From: an uncultured cyanobacterium
GTDB taxonomy: Bacteria; Cyanobacteriota; Cyanobacteriia; Cyanobacteriales; Cyanobacteriaceae
Reading direction: 5' to 3'
DNA: 64,000 nt
Assembly: GCA_963749915.1 (NCBI GenBank)
Contig: CAVVOP010000021.1
Span: 224,001 to 288,000 of the forward strand
Both the position numbers and the translations under genes were made by a program. Positions 1 to 9,770 of this stretch are shown here, piece after piece; within the stretch, counting starts at the first letter, position 1; the number at the start of each line of letters is the position of its first letter. The notes beneath the pieces were generated by a model, which was not told the DNA's origin, searched no databases, and saw nothing but the letters and a program-made list of their open reading frames with translations.

Positions 1-2
1 GC

Positions 3-476
3 ATAATTATGGGTGTTGTTGGTGCCGTGGGGGCACCTAGTTTTCTGGGATCTCAACGGCAAGAAAGAGTCAACGAGGCATTTAGCAAAATTAGAGGGGC
101 GTTGGTAGAGGCTCAACTTAATGCTAATCGTTTGAGTACCACCTGTACCGTTTCCATCGCAACCACAGGATTAACAGCCACTCCACCGGGGTGTCTATTG
201 GAAAATGTTGCTGTTGATCCTAATATTGTCGATATTGCTTCTAATGCTGGTACATTGCCTCGTACTATTGCATTTGCCTATCGAGGAACGACGGGTGATG
301 CTCAAACATTACAAATTAGACGTAAAGATTTTTCAAACGTTGCAATGCCGGAAACAGGAAAATGTATTGTTATTTCGACCATTGGTATGATTCGCACGGG
401 AATTTATGATGCTACTGTCACCGGTACAAATTGTAATAATATAGAAAATCAAAATTATGACAATTTAAATCCTTAG
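3..476 (+). CDS. Type IV pilin-like protein (FimT/GspH-like), 5'-truncated by the window edge
   Basis: Frame is open to the window start (IIMGVVGAVGAPSFLG, a pilin N-terminal helix); C-terminal Cys pair; directly upstream of another prepilin. Confidence 0.75.
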   Translation: MIMGVVGAVGAPSFLGSQRQERVNEAFSKIRGALVEAQLNANRLSTTCTVSIATTGLTATPPGCLLENVAVDPNIVDIASNAGTLPRTIAFAYRGTTGDAQTLQIRRKDFSNVAMPETGKCIVISTIGMIRTGIYDATVTGTNCNNIENQNYDNLNP

Positions 477-492
477 AGACGGTTAAAATAAT

Positions 493-1245
493 ATGAATAA
501 GATTAATTTACTCAAGCTATTTTTAAGTTTTAAAAAACATAGCAATAAAGGCATTTCTTTAACAGAATTATTAGTGGCTTTGGTTATGACTGGCATTGTC
601 TTAACAGCGGCGACGAGTGGTTTTATCAATCTCTTACGGGTGAATAAAGATGTTGAATCAAAAACCGTTACAAGTGAAGGTTTAGCAAAGGCTTTAAATT
701 TTACACAAGAAGAGATCAAACAGGCTAAAACAGTTACACAAGAAGCTCAAGGAACTAATTGTGATTCATCTGCCATTAGTTCAGCTAATTGCCTAGTGCT
801 AACTTATCCAGCATCTTTTAACACTTCACTTAATTCATCGTGCACAAGCACGACTGTTGAACCTAAAGTTTACTATGGTTTTCAAGATATTAGTAGTGGT
901 AGTCAAATATGGCTTAAGCCAGGGGTTTTAAAAAGAAAAATATTTTGCAGTGATAGTGGAGGCACTGCTGTAAGTACTAATTGGATAGTCATCGCCGATG
1001 GATTAATTAGTGTCAATGAACCGGATCCCGGTACCACTTGCAGTCGACCCGATGTCGGGTTAACAGGTACAACCCCCCCCATTGCTGTATATGGTGCAAA
1101 TGCCAGCGGCAAAGGGGGTTTTCGTTTCTGTTTCAATAATGAAACGACAACAAATCGTTTAGCAAAAATCTTTTTATATGGTTATACGGGTAAAAATAGC
1201 ACACCAACTTCTTTGAACATAACAACTTTTGCTAGGGCTCAATAA
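493..1245 (+). CDS. Prepilin-type N-terminal cleavage/methylation protein (PilW-like minor pilin)
   Basis: Class III signal KG|ISLTELLVALVMTGIVL with Glu at +5. Confidence 0.85.
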   Translation: MNKINLLKLFLSFKKHSNKGISLTELLVALVMTGIVLTAATSGFINLLRVNKDVESKTVTSEGLAKALNFTQEEIKQAKTVTQEAQGTNCDSSAISSANCLVLTYPASFNTSLNSSCTSTTVEPKVYYGFQDISSGSQIWLKPGVLKRKIFCSDSGGTAVSTNWIVIADGLISVNEPDPGTTCSRPDVGLTGTTPPIAVYGANASGKGGFRFCFNNETTTNRLAKIFLYGYTGKNSTPTSLNITTFARAQ

Positions 1246-1375
1246 AAAAGAAAAAGGAATATTTAGGAAATTAGGGGAAAAATAAGTTAGCGTGGGATAA
1301 ATCGTCGGTGAATATTTTGTGATATGATTTGTCTAAATAAAATTGTATTAATACGATAAACAAATAGTAATAATT

Positions 1376-1843
1376 ATGACCACTTCTGACTTGACATCCG
1401 AAGATTTACAAACAGATTTTAATAGTTTGGATTTGCCCAAGAATAGCCATAAGGATGAAATTGAAACTGTCATCTATAGCTTAGAAGAAAATGACAGTGC
1501 TATGGTACAAGCTAGTGAAGACGGCTATGTTTGGAAGTTTCAATATGGTACAGTAGAAGTCTTTGTACAATTAACGGGAGAAAGTGACGAAGATTTATTG
1601 ACCGTATGGGGAATAGTATTACCTTTACCTGTGAAAAATGAGCTTCAGTTATTGCGCAAATTAATGGAATTGAATTGGAGTGGTACCTTTGAAACTTGTT
1701 TTGCGATATTTAATAATCAAATAGTAGTTTCTACCCAACGCACAGCAGATGATCTTTCTCCGGCGGAGATTTCCCGTGCTATAACATTAGTAGCGACGAT
1801 CGCTGATGAATATGACGAAATATTACGAGCAGAATATCTGTAA
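1376..1843 (+). CDS. YbjN-domain protein
   Basis: WKFQYGTVEVFVQLTGE...LMELNW...SPAEISRAITLVATIADEYD, typical of cyanobacterial YbjN proteins. Confidence 0.75.
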   Translation: MTTSDLTSEDLQTDFNSLDLPKNSHKDEIETVIYSLEENDSAMVQASEDGYVWKFQYGTVEVFVQLTGESDEDLLTVWGIVLPLPVKNELQLLRKLMELNWSGTFETCFAIFNNQIVVSTQRTADDLSPAEISRAITLVATIADEYDEILRAEYL

Positions 1844-2042
1844 CTCAGATTGTCTACCCAGAGGGTAAATCTTTGGTGAGGTGAGGGAAGGGATAATCGA
1901 CAATCCGTAGATAATAGTTAGTAAATGTGACTTTAACAATATCGGAATTGATTGTTTCCACTTTTTCTCTGTGTTTTTTTTGTATTTCTGCGGGATCTGA
2001 GGGTAAAATTAAGAAGAAAACTTATAATCTTAATTTTTCACC

Positions 2043-2561
2043 GTGACTTCATTGTCCCAGGCAGAATTTAAACAAAAATACCAAAGTGGTAAATTAGCTT
2101 TTGAAAGAGGACGTTATCGTTTTAGTATTGAACAATTAGAACAGGCTAGTAAACTTGTCTCTCCTTATTCTCAGCTGGGGGGAGAGGTGAAGTTCTGGTT
2201 AGCGAATGCTTATGAGGCGGCAGGAGAATCAGAACAGGCCATCGAATTGTGTCGAGAATTATCGACTCATCCTCACGGAGAAACGAAACGACAAGCCAAA
2301 ACATTACTTTATATCATCAATGCCCCCAAATTAGTGCGCCCGAAAGAGTGGATGACAGAAATCCCCGATCTTAACCATGCTTCTGTCAGTGCTAGTAAAT
2401 ATACAAAAGCGAGTACCCCCAATCGCCAAATAAAACCAAAACGACAAATTGAGTTAGTGGATTTAAGTGCAGTTAACACTAAAGACAATCAATTCATTTG
2501 GCTAAGTCTGGGTATTACTAGTATGACGATCGTTTGTTTGTTTATTATTCAAGGAAGTTAA
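2043..2561 (+). CDS. TPR-like protein with C-terminal membrane anchor
   Basis: GKLAFERGRY...WLANAYEAAG helical repeats; hydrophobic C-terminus. Confidence 0.7.
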   Translation: MTSLSQAEFKQKYQSGKLAFERGRYRFSIEQLEQASKLVSPYSQLGGEVKFWLANAYEAAGESEQAIELCRELSTHPHGETKRQAKTLLYIINAPKLVRPKEWMTEIPDLNHASVSASKYTKASTPNRQIKPKRQIELVDLSAVNTKDNQFIWLSLGITSMTIVCLFIIQGS

Positions 2562-2596
2562 ATTACCCGAAGGTATGCAGTTCAGAAGGAGTATCA

Positions 2597-3721
2597 ATGA
2601 AAATCAACTTAGTTTCGCCTAAATTTTTTAGTTTTGTTTTTATTGTCGTCATTTTTTTACTCGCCAACCTTTTTGCCACAGCAGGACTAAACTCTAATGC
2701 TTTGGCGGCTGAGGGTTATGACTACAAATTAGAATGCGGCAATGTCAATCGCACTTCGCCCCAACCAACTCCGGCAATTATGTTGATTGGCGGAGCCGAA
2801 AGTGACACGGAAGGGGAAAATGATGCTACTGGCTGGTTTCTCCAACGAGCAGATGGGGGAGATTACCTAGTACTTCGCTATGGCGAGGTTCGTACTCAAG
2901 CCAAGTGGATCTGCGATAATTACGATTCTTTAGTCAGTTCGGCAGCAGAATTAGCAATTAACACAAGAGAAGCTGCTAGTGACCCAGATGTCGAGCAATA
3001 CATTCGTGACGCTGAAGCCTTGTTTATTGCTGGGGGCGATCAGAATGCTTACCAAGATACTTGGGAAGGCACCGATGTAGAAGATGCGATTAATTATCTA
3101 ATCAATGAAAAAAGGGTTCCTGTTGCTGGTACTTCTGCTGGGATGGCTATCTTAGGAGAATATTATTATGCTCCTGCCCACCGGGATGGAGTACTGAGTT
3201 CAGAAATTTTGGAAGATCCTTTTCACCCTAATACTGAGGATATCGCTCGCAGTGACTTTATTGACATCCGATTTCTCAAAAACACAATTACCGATACTCA
3301 TTTGGACCGCTTAAAACGTCCCGACTACCCTGAAACTAGATATGGCAGGATATTTGGATTTCTGGCCAGAGTGGCAGATGACAACGGGCTTCCCGCCTAT
3401 GGCATTGGTCTAGAGGAAGGAGCTTTTGTCGCTGTTGACGAAGAGGGTATTGCGAAAGTCTTTGGTAATGGCGAAAATCGGGGTTCAGATGCTTACTTTT
3501 TGCAAGCTCAGGAAATGCCAGAAAAACTTGAACGTCGCGAACCATTAATTTGGGACAGAAATGGTCAAGCAGTAAAAGTCTATCGAATTCGGGGAATTAC
3601 TGAAGGGAGCGGTAGTTTTGACTTGAATAACTGGGAAATAGCCGATGGCGGTAGCTGGGAATATTGGTTTACCATCGACGGGGCACCTGGTTTTACTCGC
3701 GATAGTTTAGGGTGTAACTAG
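2597..3721 (+). CDS. Secreted cyanophycinase-like serine peptidase (S51 family)
   Basis: AGGAG RBS before ATG 2597; signal peptide ending ALA-A; motifs LIGGAE, FIAGGDQ, GTSAG, DTH, GIGLEE. Confidence 0.8.
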   Translation: MKINLVSPKFFSFVFIVVIFLLANLFATAGLNSNALAAEGYDYKLECGNVNRTSPQPTPAIMLIGGAESDTEGENDATGWFLQRADGGDYLVLRYGEVRTQAKWICDNYDSLVSSAAELAINTREAASDPDVEQYIRDAEALFIAGGDQNAYQDTWEGTDVEDAINYLINEKRVPVAGTSAGMAILGEYYYAPAHRDGVLSSEILEDPFHPNTEDIARSDFIDIRFLKNTITDTHLDRLKRPDYPETRYGRIFGFLARVADDNGLPAYGIGLEEGAFVAVDEEGIAKVFGNGENRGSDAYFLQAQEMPEKLERREPLIWDRNGQAVKVYRIRGITEGSGSFDLNNWEIADGGSWEYWFTIDGAPGFTRDSLGCN

Positions 3722-3727
3722 GAGGAC

Positions 3728-3822
3728 TCAGGAGTCAGGAGTTAGGAGTCAGAAAGGCTTCATCTAATCAGAATAATTAAAATATTTAGGATAATAGGAG
3801 TATAAATTTGTGGAGAGGTCTA
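3728..3822. repeat. Partial MITE-like repeat: CAGGAGT heptamers plus one degenerate terminal repeat
   Basis: AGGAGTCAGAAAGGCTT (3744-3760) is identical to 14839-14855; TTTGTGGAGAGGTCTA (3807-3822) resembles the right TIR of the 14788-14912 element. Confidence 0.6.
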
Positions 3823-3915
3823 ATAATTAAATCCTTTATCACCAAGTATTTTTGCCCAAAAAACTAAACTATAATAGGTTTAATAAGAAGAAATATATAG
3901 AGGGGAAATAATTTT

Positions 3916-5643
3916 ATGGTGACAACTCCTATTAAAACGACTCAGCGTCTGACGACCCAAGTAGAAGTTATTGCCCCAGATACTACGGCAATTCGTTCTT
4001 TGGATTGGGATCGCGATCGCTTCGATATTGAATTTGGGTTACAAAACGGAACTACTTATAACTCCTATGTAATTAAAGGAGAAAAAAATGCTTTAGTTGA
4101 CACTTCTCACCTTAAATTCAAACAACTTTATTTTGAAGTCCTTGATCAAGTTATTAATCCTCAAAATCTTGATTATCTCATTATTTCCCACACTGAGCCT
4201 GATCATAGTGGTTTAGTCAAAGATTTATTAGCCATCGCTCCTGATATTACAATTGTCGCTTCTAAAGTGGCTATTCAATTTTTAGAGGGTTTTGTCCATA
4301 CTGATTTTAAACGGCAAATTGTCAAAAATGGTGATCGCCTTGATTTGGGTAATGGTCATGTAATAGAATTTGTCAACGCCCCGAATTTACATTGGCCCGA
4401 TACTATTTTTAGTTACGATCACGGTACTAAAACTATTTTCACCTGTGACGCTTTTGGACTTCATTACTGTAGTGCGGCTCTTTATGATGAAAACCTGAGG
4501 GATATTTCCCCTGACTATCGTTTTTATTATGAGTGTTTGATGGGGCCAAATGCAAGATCCGTATTATCAGCCATGAAACGGATGTCAGAATTAGGGGAAA
4601 TTACCTTAGTGGCCAATGGTCACGGACCTATTTTAAAGCATAATATTAAGGAATTATTAGACCGTTATCAACGGTGGAGTCAGGAACAAAGTAAAGGAGA
4701 GAAAAGTGTTGCGGTGTTCTATATCTCTGATTATGGTTATAGCGATCGTCTTTCTCAAGCCATAGCCAAGGGTATTACGAAAACAGGGATAACCGTCGAA
4801 ATGATCGATATTAACGGTACAGATATTCAGGAAATCCCCGAAATTGTCGGTAAATCCGCCGGAATTGTTTTAGGGATGCCACCATTGACCGATAACAACA
4901 ACGCTCAAATTAGTAATAAAATGGGGGCAATTCTTGCCTGGGTTAACAGTAAGCAAATCGTTGGTTTATATGAATCCTACGGTGGTGACGATGAACCTAT
5001 CGATCCTCTTACTAGCAAATTGCAAGGTTTAGGTTTAACCTTGGCTTTTACCCCCATTCGCTGTAAAGATACCCCCCAGGAAACCACCTATCAATTATGT
5101 GAAGAATCAGGGGTTGACTTAGGGCAAATTTTGACCAAAAAAGCGAGTATTAAGCAAAGAAAGGCCCTTGACAGCGATTTAGATAAAGCGATCGGGCGTA
5201 TTAGTGGCGGTTTATATATTATCACAGCACAAAAAAGAGAGGCTAGTGGAGCTATGTTGGCTTCATGGGTAACACAAGCCAGTTTTGATCCTCCTGGCTT
5301 TACTGTTGCAGTGGCAAAAGATCGAGCTATAGAGTCTTTGTTGCAAGTAGATGATACCTTTGTCTTGAACATCCTTGAAGAAGGGAAATATCAACCACTA
5401 ATGAAGCATTTTCTCAAACGATTCCCCCCCGGTGCTGATCGTTTTGCCGGGGTTAAAACCCAAAAAAGCACTAATGGATCGGCGATTTTAATTGATGCCT
5501 TAGCTTACCTAGAATGTACGGTTGTTAGTCGGATGGATTGCGGCGATCACTGGGTCGTATATAGTAAAGTTACTAATGGACGAGTGTCGAAACCTGATGC
5601 CTTAACGGCAGTACATCATCGCAAAGTTGGTAATTACTATTAA
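3916..5643 (+). CDS. flv3: Flavodiiron protein Flv3
   Basis: RSLDWDRDRFDIEFGLQNGTTYNS, HTEPDHSG and HWPD di-iron motifs; flavodoxin and flavin-reductase domains; ends HHRKVGNYY. Confidence 0.9.
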   Translation: MVTTPIKTTQRLTTQVEVIAPDTTAIRSLDWDRDRFDIEFGLQNGTTYNSYVIKGEKNALVDTSHLKFKQLYFEVLDQVINPQNLDYLIISHTEPDHSGLVKDLLAIAPDITIVASKVAIQFLEGFVHTDFKRQIVKNGDRLDLGNGHVIEFVNAPNLHWPDTIFSYDHGTKTIFTCDAFGLHYCSAALYDENLRDISPDYRFYYECLMGPNARSVLSAMKRMSELGEITLVANGHGPILKHNIKELLDRYQRWSQEQSKGEKSVAVFYISDYGYSDRLSQAIAKGITKTGITVEMIDINGTDIQEIPEIVGKSAGIVLGMPPLTDNNNAQISNKMGAILAWVNSKQIVGLYESYGGDDEPIDPLTSKLQGLGLTLAFTPIRCKDTPQETTYQLCEESGVDLGQILTKKASIKQRKALDSDLDKAIGRISGGLYIITAQKREASGAMLASWVTQASFDPPGFTVAVAKDRAIESLLQVDDTFVLNILEEGKYQPLMKHFLKRFPPGADRFAGVKTQKSTNGSAILIDALAYLECTVVSRMDCGDHWVVYSKVTNGRVSKPDALTAVHHRKVGNYY

Positions 5644-5788
5644 ACCCATTTTCGTACTTCGACTTCTAATCCGAAACTAGCCTGTTTGACCCACGGAAAG
5701 TGGGATAAATCTTTACAATAGTTCTAAGTGGTTCGTCATTTTTTATTTTATGAAAAGGGTTTGAGAAAGTTTTTAAAGAGGAGATAAA

Positions 5789-7021
5789 TTGGTAGTGAAA
5801 GTTGTTATTTCTGCTTATTCATGTGAACCGGGTAAAGGTTCTGAGCGAGGCGTAGGTTGGAACGTGGCACGGGAAATTGCCAGATATCATGAGGTTTGGG
5901 TTTTGACTAGACCTGACGAGAGTAAGGACGCGATTGAAGCTGAGTTAGCGGCTAATCCTTTGCCTAATCTACACTTTGTCTACTTCACACTTCCCTTCTG
6001 GAAAGATAGTCTACGCTGGGGACAATCCGGTGCCATGCAACTTCATTATTACCTCTGGCAAGTTCAGGCATATTTTGTCGGACGAAAACTCCACCGCGAG
6101 ATCGGATTTGAAATTGTTCATCATGTTACATTTGTGCGATACTCTAGTCCTAGCTTCCTATCCCTTCTGCCAATTCCGTTTATCTGGGGTCCAGTAGGTG
6201 GTGGCGAGTCAGCTCCCTTATCTTTTTGGGCTGATTTTAGCTGGAAAAATAAGCTTTATGAGATCTTACGCTGGGCATGGCGATCCCTCGGAGAACTCGA
6301 TCCCTTTACTCGGTTGACTGTGTGGCGGAGTGCCATTGCCTATGCAACTACCAAAGACACCGAGCAACGACTTCGCCAATTAGGAGCATCCCATGTTGAG
6401 CGATTGTCCGCAATTGCCATGTCACAGCCTGAGATCGAACAACTCAGCCAGTGCCAGGCCCCAACAGGCTCTCCAGTCCGATTCATCAACATCGCCCGTC
6501 TCCTCCATTGGAAAGGTATTTACCTGGGATTGCGTGCATTTGCTCGGGCAAATCTCCCCGATGCTGAGTATTGGATTTTAGGCGAAGGTCCTGAGTCACA
6601 AAAATTACAAGCACTCACCTTAGACCTGGGTATTAGTGATCGAGTAAAGTTCTTTGGACTATTACCCCGTGAGGAGGTTCTGGTGAAGTTAGGGCAATGT
6701 TCTGCTCTAGTCCATCCTAGCCTGCATGATTCAGGAGGATGGGTACCTCTGGAGGCAATGGCATCTGGCAGACCCATTATTTGCCTAGATCTGGGTGGAT
6801 CATCAGAATTAGTCACACCGGAGACCGGGATTAAAGTTCCAGCACACACCCCTGAACAGGCGGTTGCGGATCTGGCAAAAGCAATGATTAAGCTTGCAAA
6901 AGACAAACCCCTCTGTATGCAGATGGGGAAAGCAGGACAGCAGAAAGTTAAAGATTATTATAGTTGGGAAGCAAAAGGAAAGTTGTTTGCCCACATCTAT
7001 AAGAATCTTATTAACTCTTAG
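5789..7021 (+). CDS. Glycosyltransferase family 4
   Basis: SAYSCEPGKGSERGVGW N-terminus; HPSLHDSGGWVPLEAMASGRP GT-B motif; the start may be GTG 5795. Confidence 0.85.
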   Translation: MVVKVVISAYSCEPGKGSERGVGWNVAREIARYHEVWVLTRPDESKDAIEAELAANPLPNLHFVYFTLPFWKDSLRWGQSGAMQLHYYLWQVQAYFVGRKLHREIGFEIVHHVTFVRYSSPSFLSLLPIPFIWGPVGGGESAPLSFWADFSWKNKLYEILRWAWRSLGELDPFTRLTVWRSAIAYATTKDTEQRLRQLGASHVERLSAIAMSQPEIEQLSQCQAPTGSPVRFINIARLLHWKGIYLGLRAFARANLPDAEYWILGEGPESQKLQALTLDLGISDRVKFFGLLPREEVLVKLGQCSALVHPSLHDSGGWVPLEAMASGRPIICLDLGGSSELVTPETGIKVPAHTPEQAVADLAKAMIKLAKDKPLCMQMGKAGQQKVKDYYSWEAKGKLFAHIYKNLINS

Positions 7022-7054
7022 CTAACTATAAAGAAATGTAAATAAGTATCTCGG

Positions 7055-7107
7055 AAAATTTAACAAGACGTAATAAACAAATGTGCCGATACAGGTTATA
7101 AACTTAA
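7055..7107 (+). promoter_or_regulatory. Probable cpcBA promoter with upstream direct-repeat (HLR1/RpaB-like) site
   Basis: AAAATTTAACAAGACGTAATAAACA followed by TATAAA (7097-7102); resembles the Synechocystis cpc promoter core as I recall it. Confidence 0.5.
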
Positions 7108-7327
7108 ATGGAAGGTTAAACGACTTTTCAAAGACAGATTTCTTAAAGCAAATTTGTCAAAAGATTAAGTTTCTTTACAAGTGCTTAACAATAACTTTGA
7201 CTTAAGCACATAATAAGGGAAACTGATTTTGGGGAATTAAATCCCACTTCGGTTTAACTTTCTGTTGAACTGTGATTCGATTAAAAAAAAACAAACAAAA
7301 TAAACTCGATTAGGAGATTAACTAAAA

Positions 7328-7846
7328 ATGTACGACGCATTCACAAGGGTTGTTGCTCAAGCTGACGCACGTGGAGAATTCTTAAGCTCCTCTCAACTAG
7401 ATGCTTTAAGCCAAATGGTAAGTGACAGCAACAAACGTGCAGACGTAGTAAATCGTATTACCAGCAACGCTTCTGCCATCGTTACCAACGCTGCTCGTTC
7501 TTTATTTGCTGAGCAACCTCAATTAATCGCTCCTGGCGGAAATGCTTATACCAACCGTCGTATGGCAGCTTGTCTTCGTGACATGGAAATCATTTTACGT
7601 TACGTTACCTATGCTATTTTCACCGGCGATGCTTCCGTATTAGAGGATCGTTGCTTAAATGGACTTCGTGAAACCTACTTAGCCTTAGGTACTCCAGGTT
7701 CTTCCGTAGCTGTTGGTATTCAAAAAATGAAGGACGCAGCTATTGCCATCGCAAATGATACCAATAATATTACCCTCGGTGATTGTAGTTCTTTAATGGC
7801 TGAAGTTGCTACTTACTTTGATCGTGCTGCTGCTGCAGTTTCATAG
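7328..7846 (+). CDS. cpcB: C-phycocyanin beta subunit
   Basis: [34 protein letters not shown], second bilin Cys in GDCSSL; AGGAG RBS. Confidence 0.97.
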   Translation: MYDAFTRVVAQADARGEFLSSSQLDALSQMVSDSNKRADVVNRITSNASAIVTNAARSLFAEQPQLIAPGGNAYTNRRMAACLRDMEIILRYVTYAIFTGDASVLEDRCLNGLRETYLALGTPGSSVAVGIQKMKDAAIAIANDTNNITLGDCSSLMAEVATYFDRAAAAVS

Positions 7847-7914
7847 GTATAAATGTACCAAAAAGTTAAATTTCATTTACGTAATAAAAACACAATTTAG
7901 GAGAAATAAATTCC

Positions 7915-8406
7915 ATGTCGAAAACCCCTTTAACTGAAGCAGTATCCGCAGCAGATTCTCAAGGACGTTTCTTAAGCAACACTGAATTTCAAACCGCCTT
8001 CGGTCGTTTTCGTTTAGCTTCTTCCGACTTACAAGCAGCTAAAACCTTAACCGAAAATGCACAACGTTTAGTTGATGGTGCAGCCAATGCAGTTTATAAC
8101 AAATTCCCTTACACCACCACTACCTCTGGTTCTAACTTCGCTTCCACTGCTGAAGGTAAAGCAAAATGTGCCCGTGACATCGGTTACTACCTCCGTATGG
8201 TTACCTACTGTTTAGTGGCAGGTGGAACCGGTCCTATGGATGAGTATTTAATCGCTGGTGTTGATGAAATCAACCGCACCTTTGACTTATCTCCTAGCTG
8301 GTATGTTGAAGCTTTAAAATATATCAAAGCTAATCATGGTTTAAGTGGCGATTCAGCTTTAGAAGCCAATTCTTACATCGACTACGCCATCAACGCTCTC
8401 AGCTAG
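7915..8406 (+). CDS. cpcA: C-phycocyanin alpha subunit
   Basis: [41 protein letters not shown]. Confidence 0.97.
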   Translation: MSKTPLTEAVSAADSQGRFLSNTEFQTAFGRFRLASSDLQAAKTLTENAQRLVDGAANAVYNKFPYTTTTSGSNFASTAEGKAKCARDIGYYLRMVTYCLVAGGTGPMDEYLIAGVDEINRTFDLSPSWYVEALKYIKANHGLSGDSALEANSYIDYAINALS

Positions 8407-8500
8407 TCTTCTTTTTCTACTTCAGACTAATTCTCAAAGGCTTATTCGGCTTTTGTTATCCAATACAAATCCTTGCTATTGTCAAGGTTGAAATAATACT

Positions 8501-8564
8501 CGTTGCCCGAGGAAATTTGCGAATACGAATTAATAAGCGTGTTTGTTGATTTTTTCGGGCAATG
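8501..8564 (+). terminator. Long stem-loop 3' of cpcA (terminator or stability element)
   Basis: TTGCCCGA 8503-8510 pairs with TCGGGCAA 8555-8562; inner GCGAATACG/CGTGTTTGT; T-run follows. Confidence 0.65.
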
Positions 8565-8599
8565 TTGCTTTTTGAGTGGGTGATTAGAAAGAAGAATAA

Positions 8600-9067
8600 T
8601 TGATTATTAATATTAGTCAAAAAAATATAGAAATTATTAAAAAACACGGGGAAGAATCTTATCCTCATGAGTGTTGTGGTTTATTATTGGGCACTGTCAA
8701 AAGTCAGGAAAAAATCGTTATTAAAGTTGTACAGACGGTTAACGATTGGGAGAATCAAAAATATTTATTTACTTCATTAAATACCAGATATAACAGTAGT
8801 TTAAAAGACAGTTTTTCTATTAATCCTGTTACTTTTATTGAAATACAAAAACAGGCCCGTCAAGACAACTTAAATATTATCGGCATTTATCATTCTCACC
8901 CCGACCACCCTGCTATACCTTCTAGTTTTGATCAGGCGATCGCGTGGGACATCTATTCTTATATAATTGTATCAGTCAAAAAAGGTAAAAGTACCGATTT
9001 ATTTAGTTGGGTTTTAGATAGTAACCGTAAATTTATTGAGGAAAAATTGTTAATTGCTAATTTCTAA
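8600..9067 (+). CDS. JAB/MPN (Mov34, M67) metallopeptidase
   Basis: YPHECCGLLLG and GIYHSHPDHPAIPSSFD JAMM motif. Confidence 0.88.
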   Translation: MIINISQKNIEIIKKHGEESYPHECCGLLLGTVKSQEKIVIKVVQTVNDWENQKYLFTSLNTRYNSSLKDSFSINPVTFIEIQKQARQDNLNIIGIYHSHPDHPAIPSSFDQAIAWDIYSYIIVSVKKGKSTDLFSWVLDSNRKFIEEKLLIANF

Positions 9068-9613
9068 TTAGCGCTTTTTTGGGACTCTGGGTTAGTTATA
9101 ATTAAGAAAAAAGCTTGAAATCGGGAGGTGAGTTATGGTTAAGCCACGTCCAGCTCACAAAACAATCAAATTCGTTGATCAATACTGCGAAATCTATCGA
9201 GATTTATTTCCAGAAGTGAGGACATTTGAGTGTTTTAAGTATCTACATTTGGGACTAATATCAGACCTAAAAAGAAAAACTTTACCAGCGATCGCTAAGC
9301 TATTAGGATTAGAAAATGCCGAAGGATTAGATCACTTTTTAACCAATTCACCTTGGTCAAATGAAAAAACATCCGTGGTGGGATGAGGGAAAAGGCTGGA
9401 AAAATAGCCTCAATAAATTAAGGCTATTTCTGCAACCGTTTTATTGTTTTAACTTGCTAAAACCTTGGTTATTAATGTTTTTTAAACCGAAGATAGTTAG
9501 CTCATTTTGGCGATTATTTTCCCAAATAAATCAACTCATAAATTCTATGTTGGAGAAGTTTTTTTCCTATAGTTTTTGTTTCTCTTTTACCTAAAGTTCC
9601 AGAAGAGCGCTAA
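9068..9613 (+). mobile_element. Internally deleted IS701-family element (546 bp)
   Basis: 24-bp imperfect TIRs at 9068-9091 and 9590-9613 (19/24 match) enclosing transposase fragments. Confidence 0.8.
9135..9594 (+). pseudogene. IS701-family transposase remnant (N- and C-terminal ends only)
   Basis: N-terminal FVDQYCEIYRDLFPEVRTFECFKYLHLG...SPWS joined out of frame near 9360 to C-terminal HPWWDEGKGWKNSLNKLRL; DDE core missing. Confidence 0.8.
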
Positions 9614-9702
9614 AGTGAGTAAATGCTCTTTGCTGAGATGCTTCTAAGGCTAAAGATAAGGCTTGGGTTCTCTCTTTTTTGATTAAGTTGATGAACGGCA
9701 GA

Positions 9703-9740
9703 CAAGGGGGGAAAGTGGATCTCGGTACTTTTCCCCCTTG
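9703..9740. terminator. Hairpin downstream of the DUF4334 gene
   Basis: CAAGGGGGGAAAGT pairs with ACTTTTCCCCCTTG. Confidence 0.55.
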
Positions 9741-9770
9741 TAATAACTATTGATTGAGAAAGGAAAAGTT

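Noticed and set aside
8600..9067. JAB protein as part of a CBASS or ubiquitin-like defence system
   Set aside because: No E1/E2, cyclase or ubiquitin-like gene adjacent; it resembles the housekeeping Mec-type JAB.
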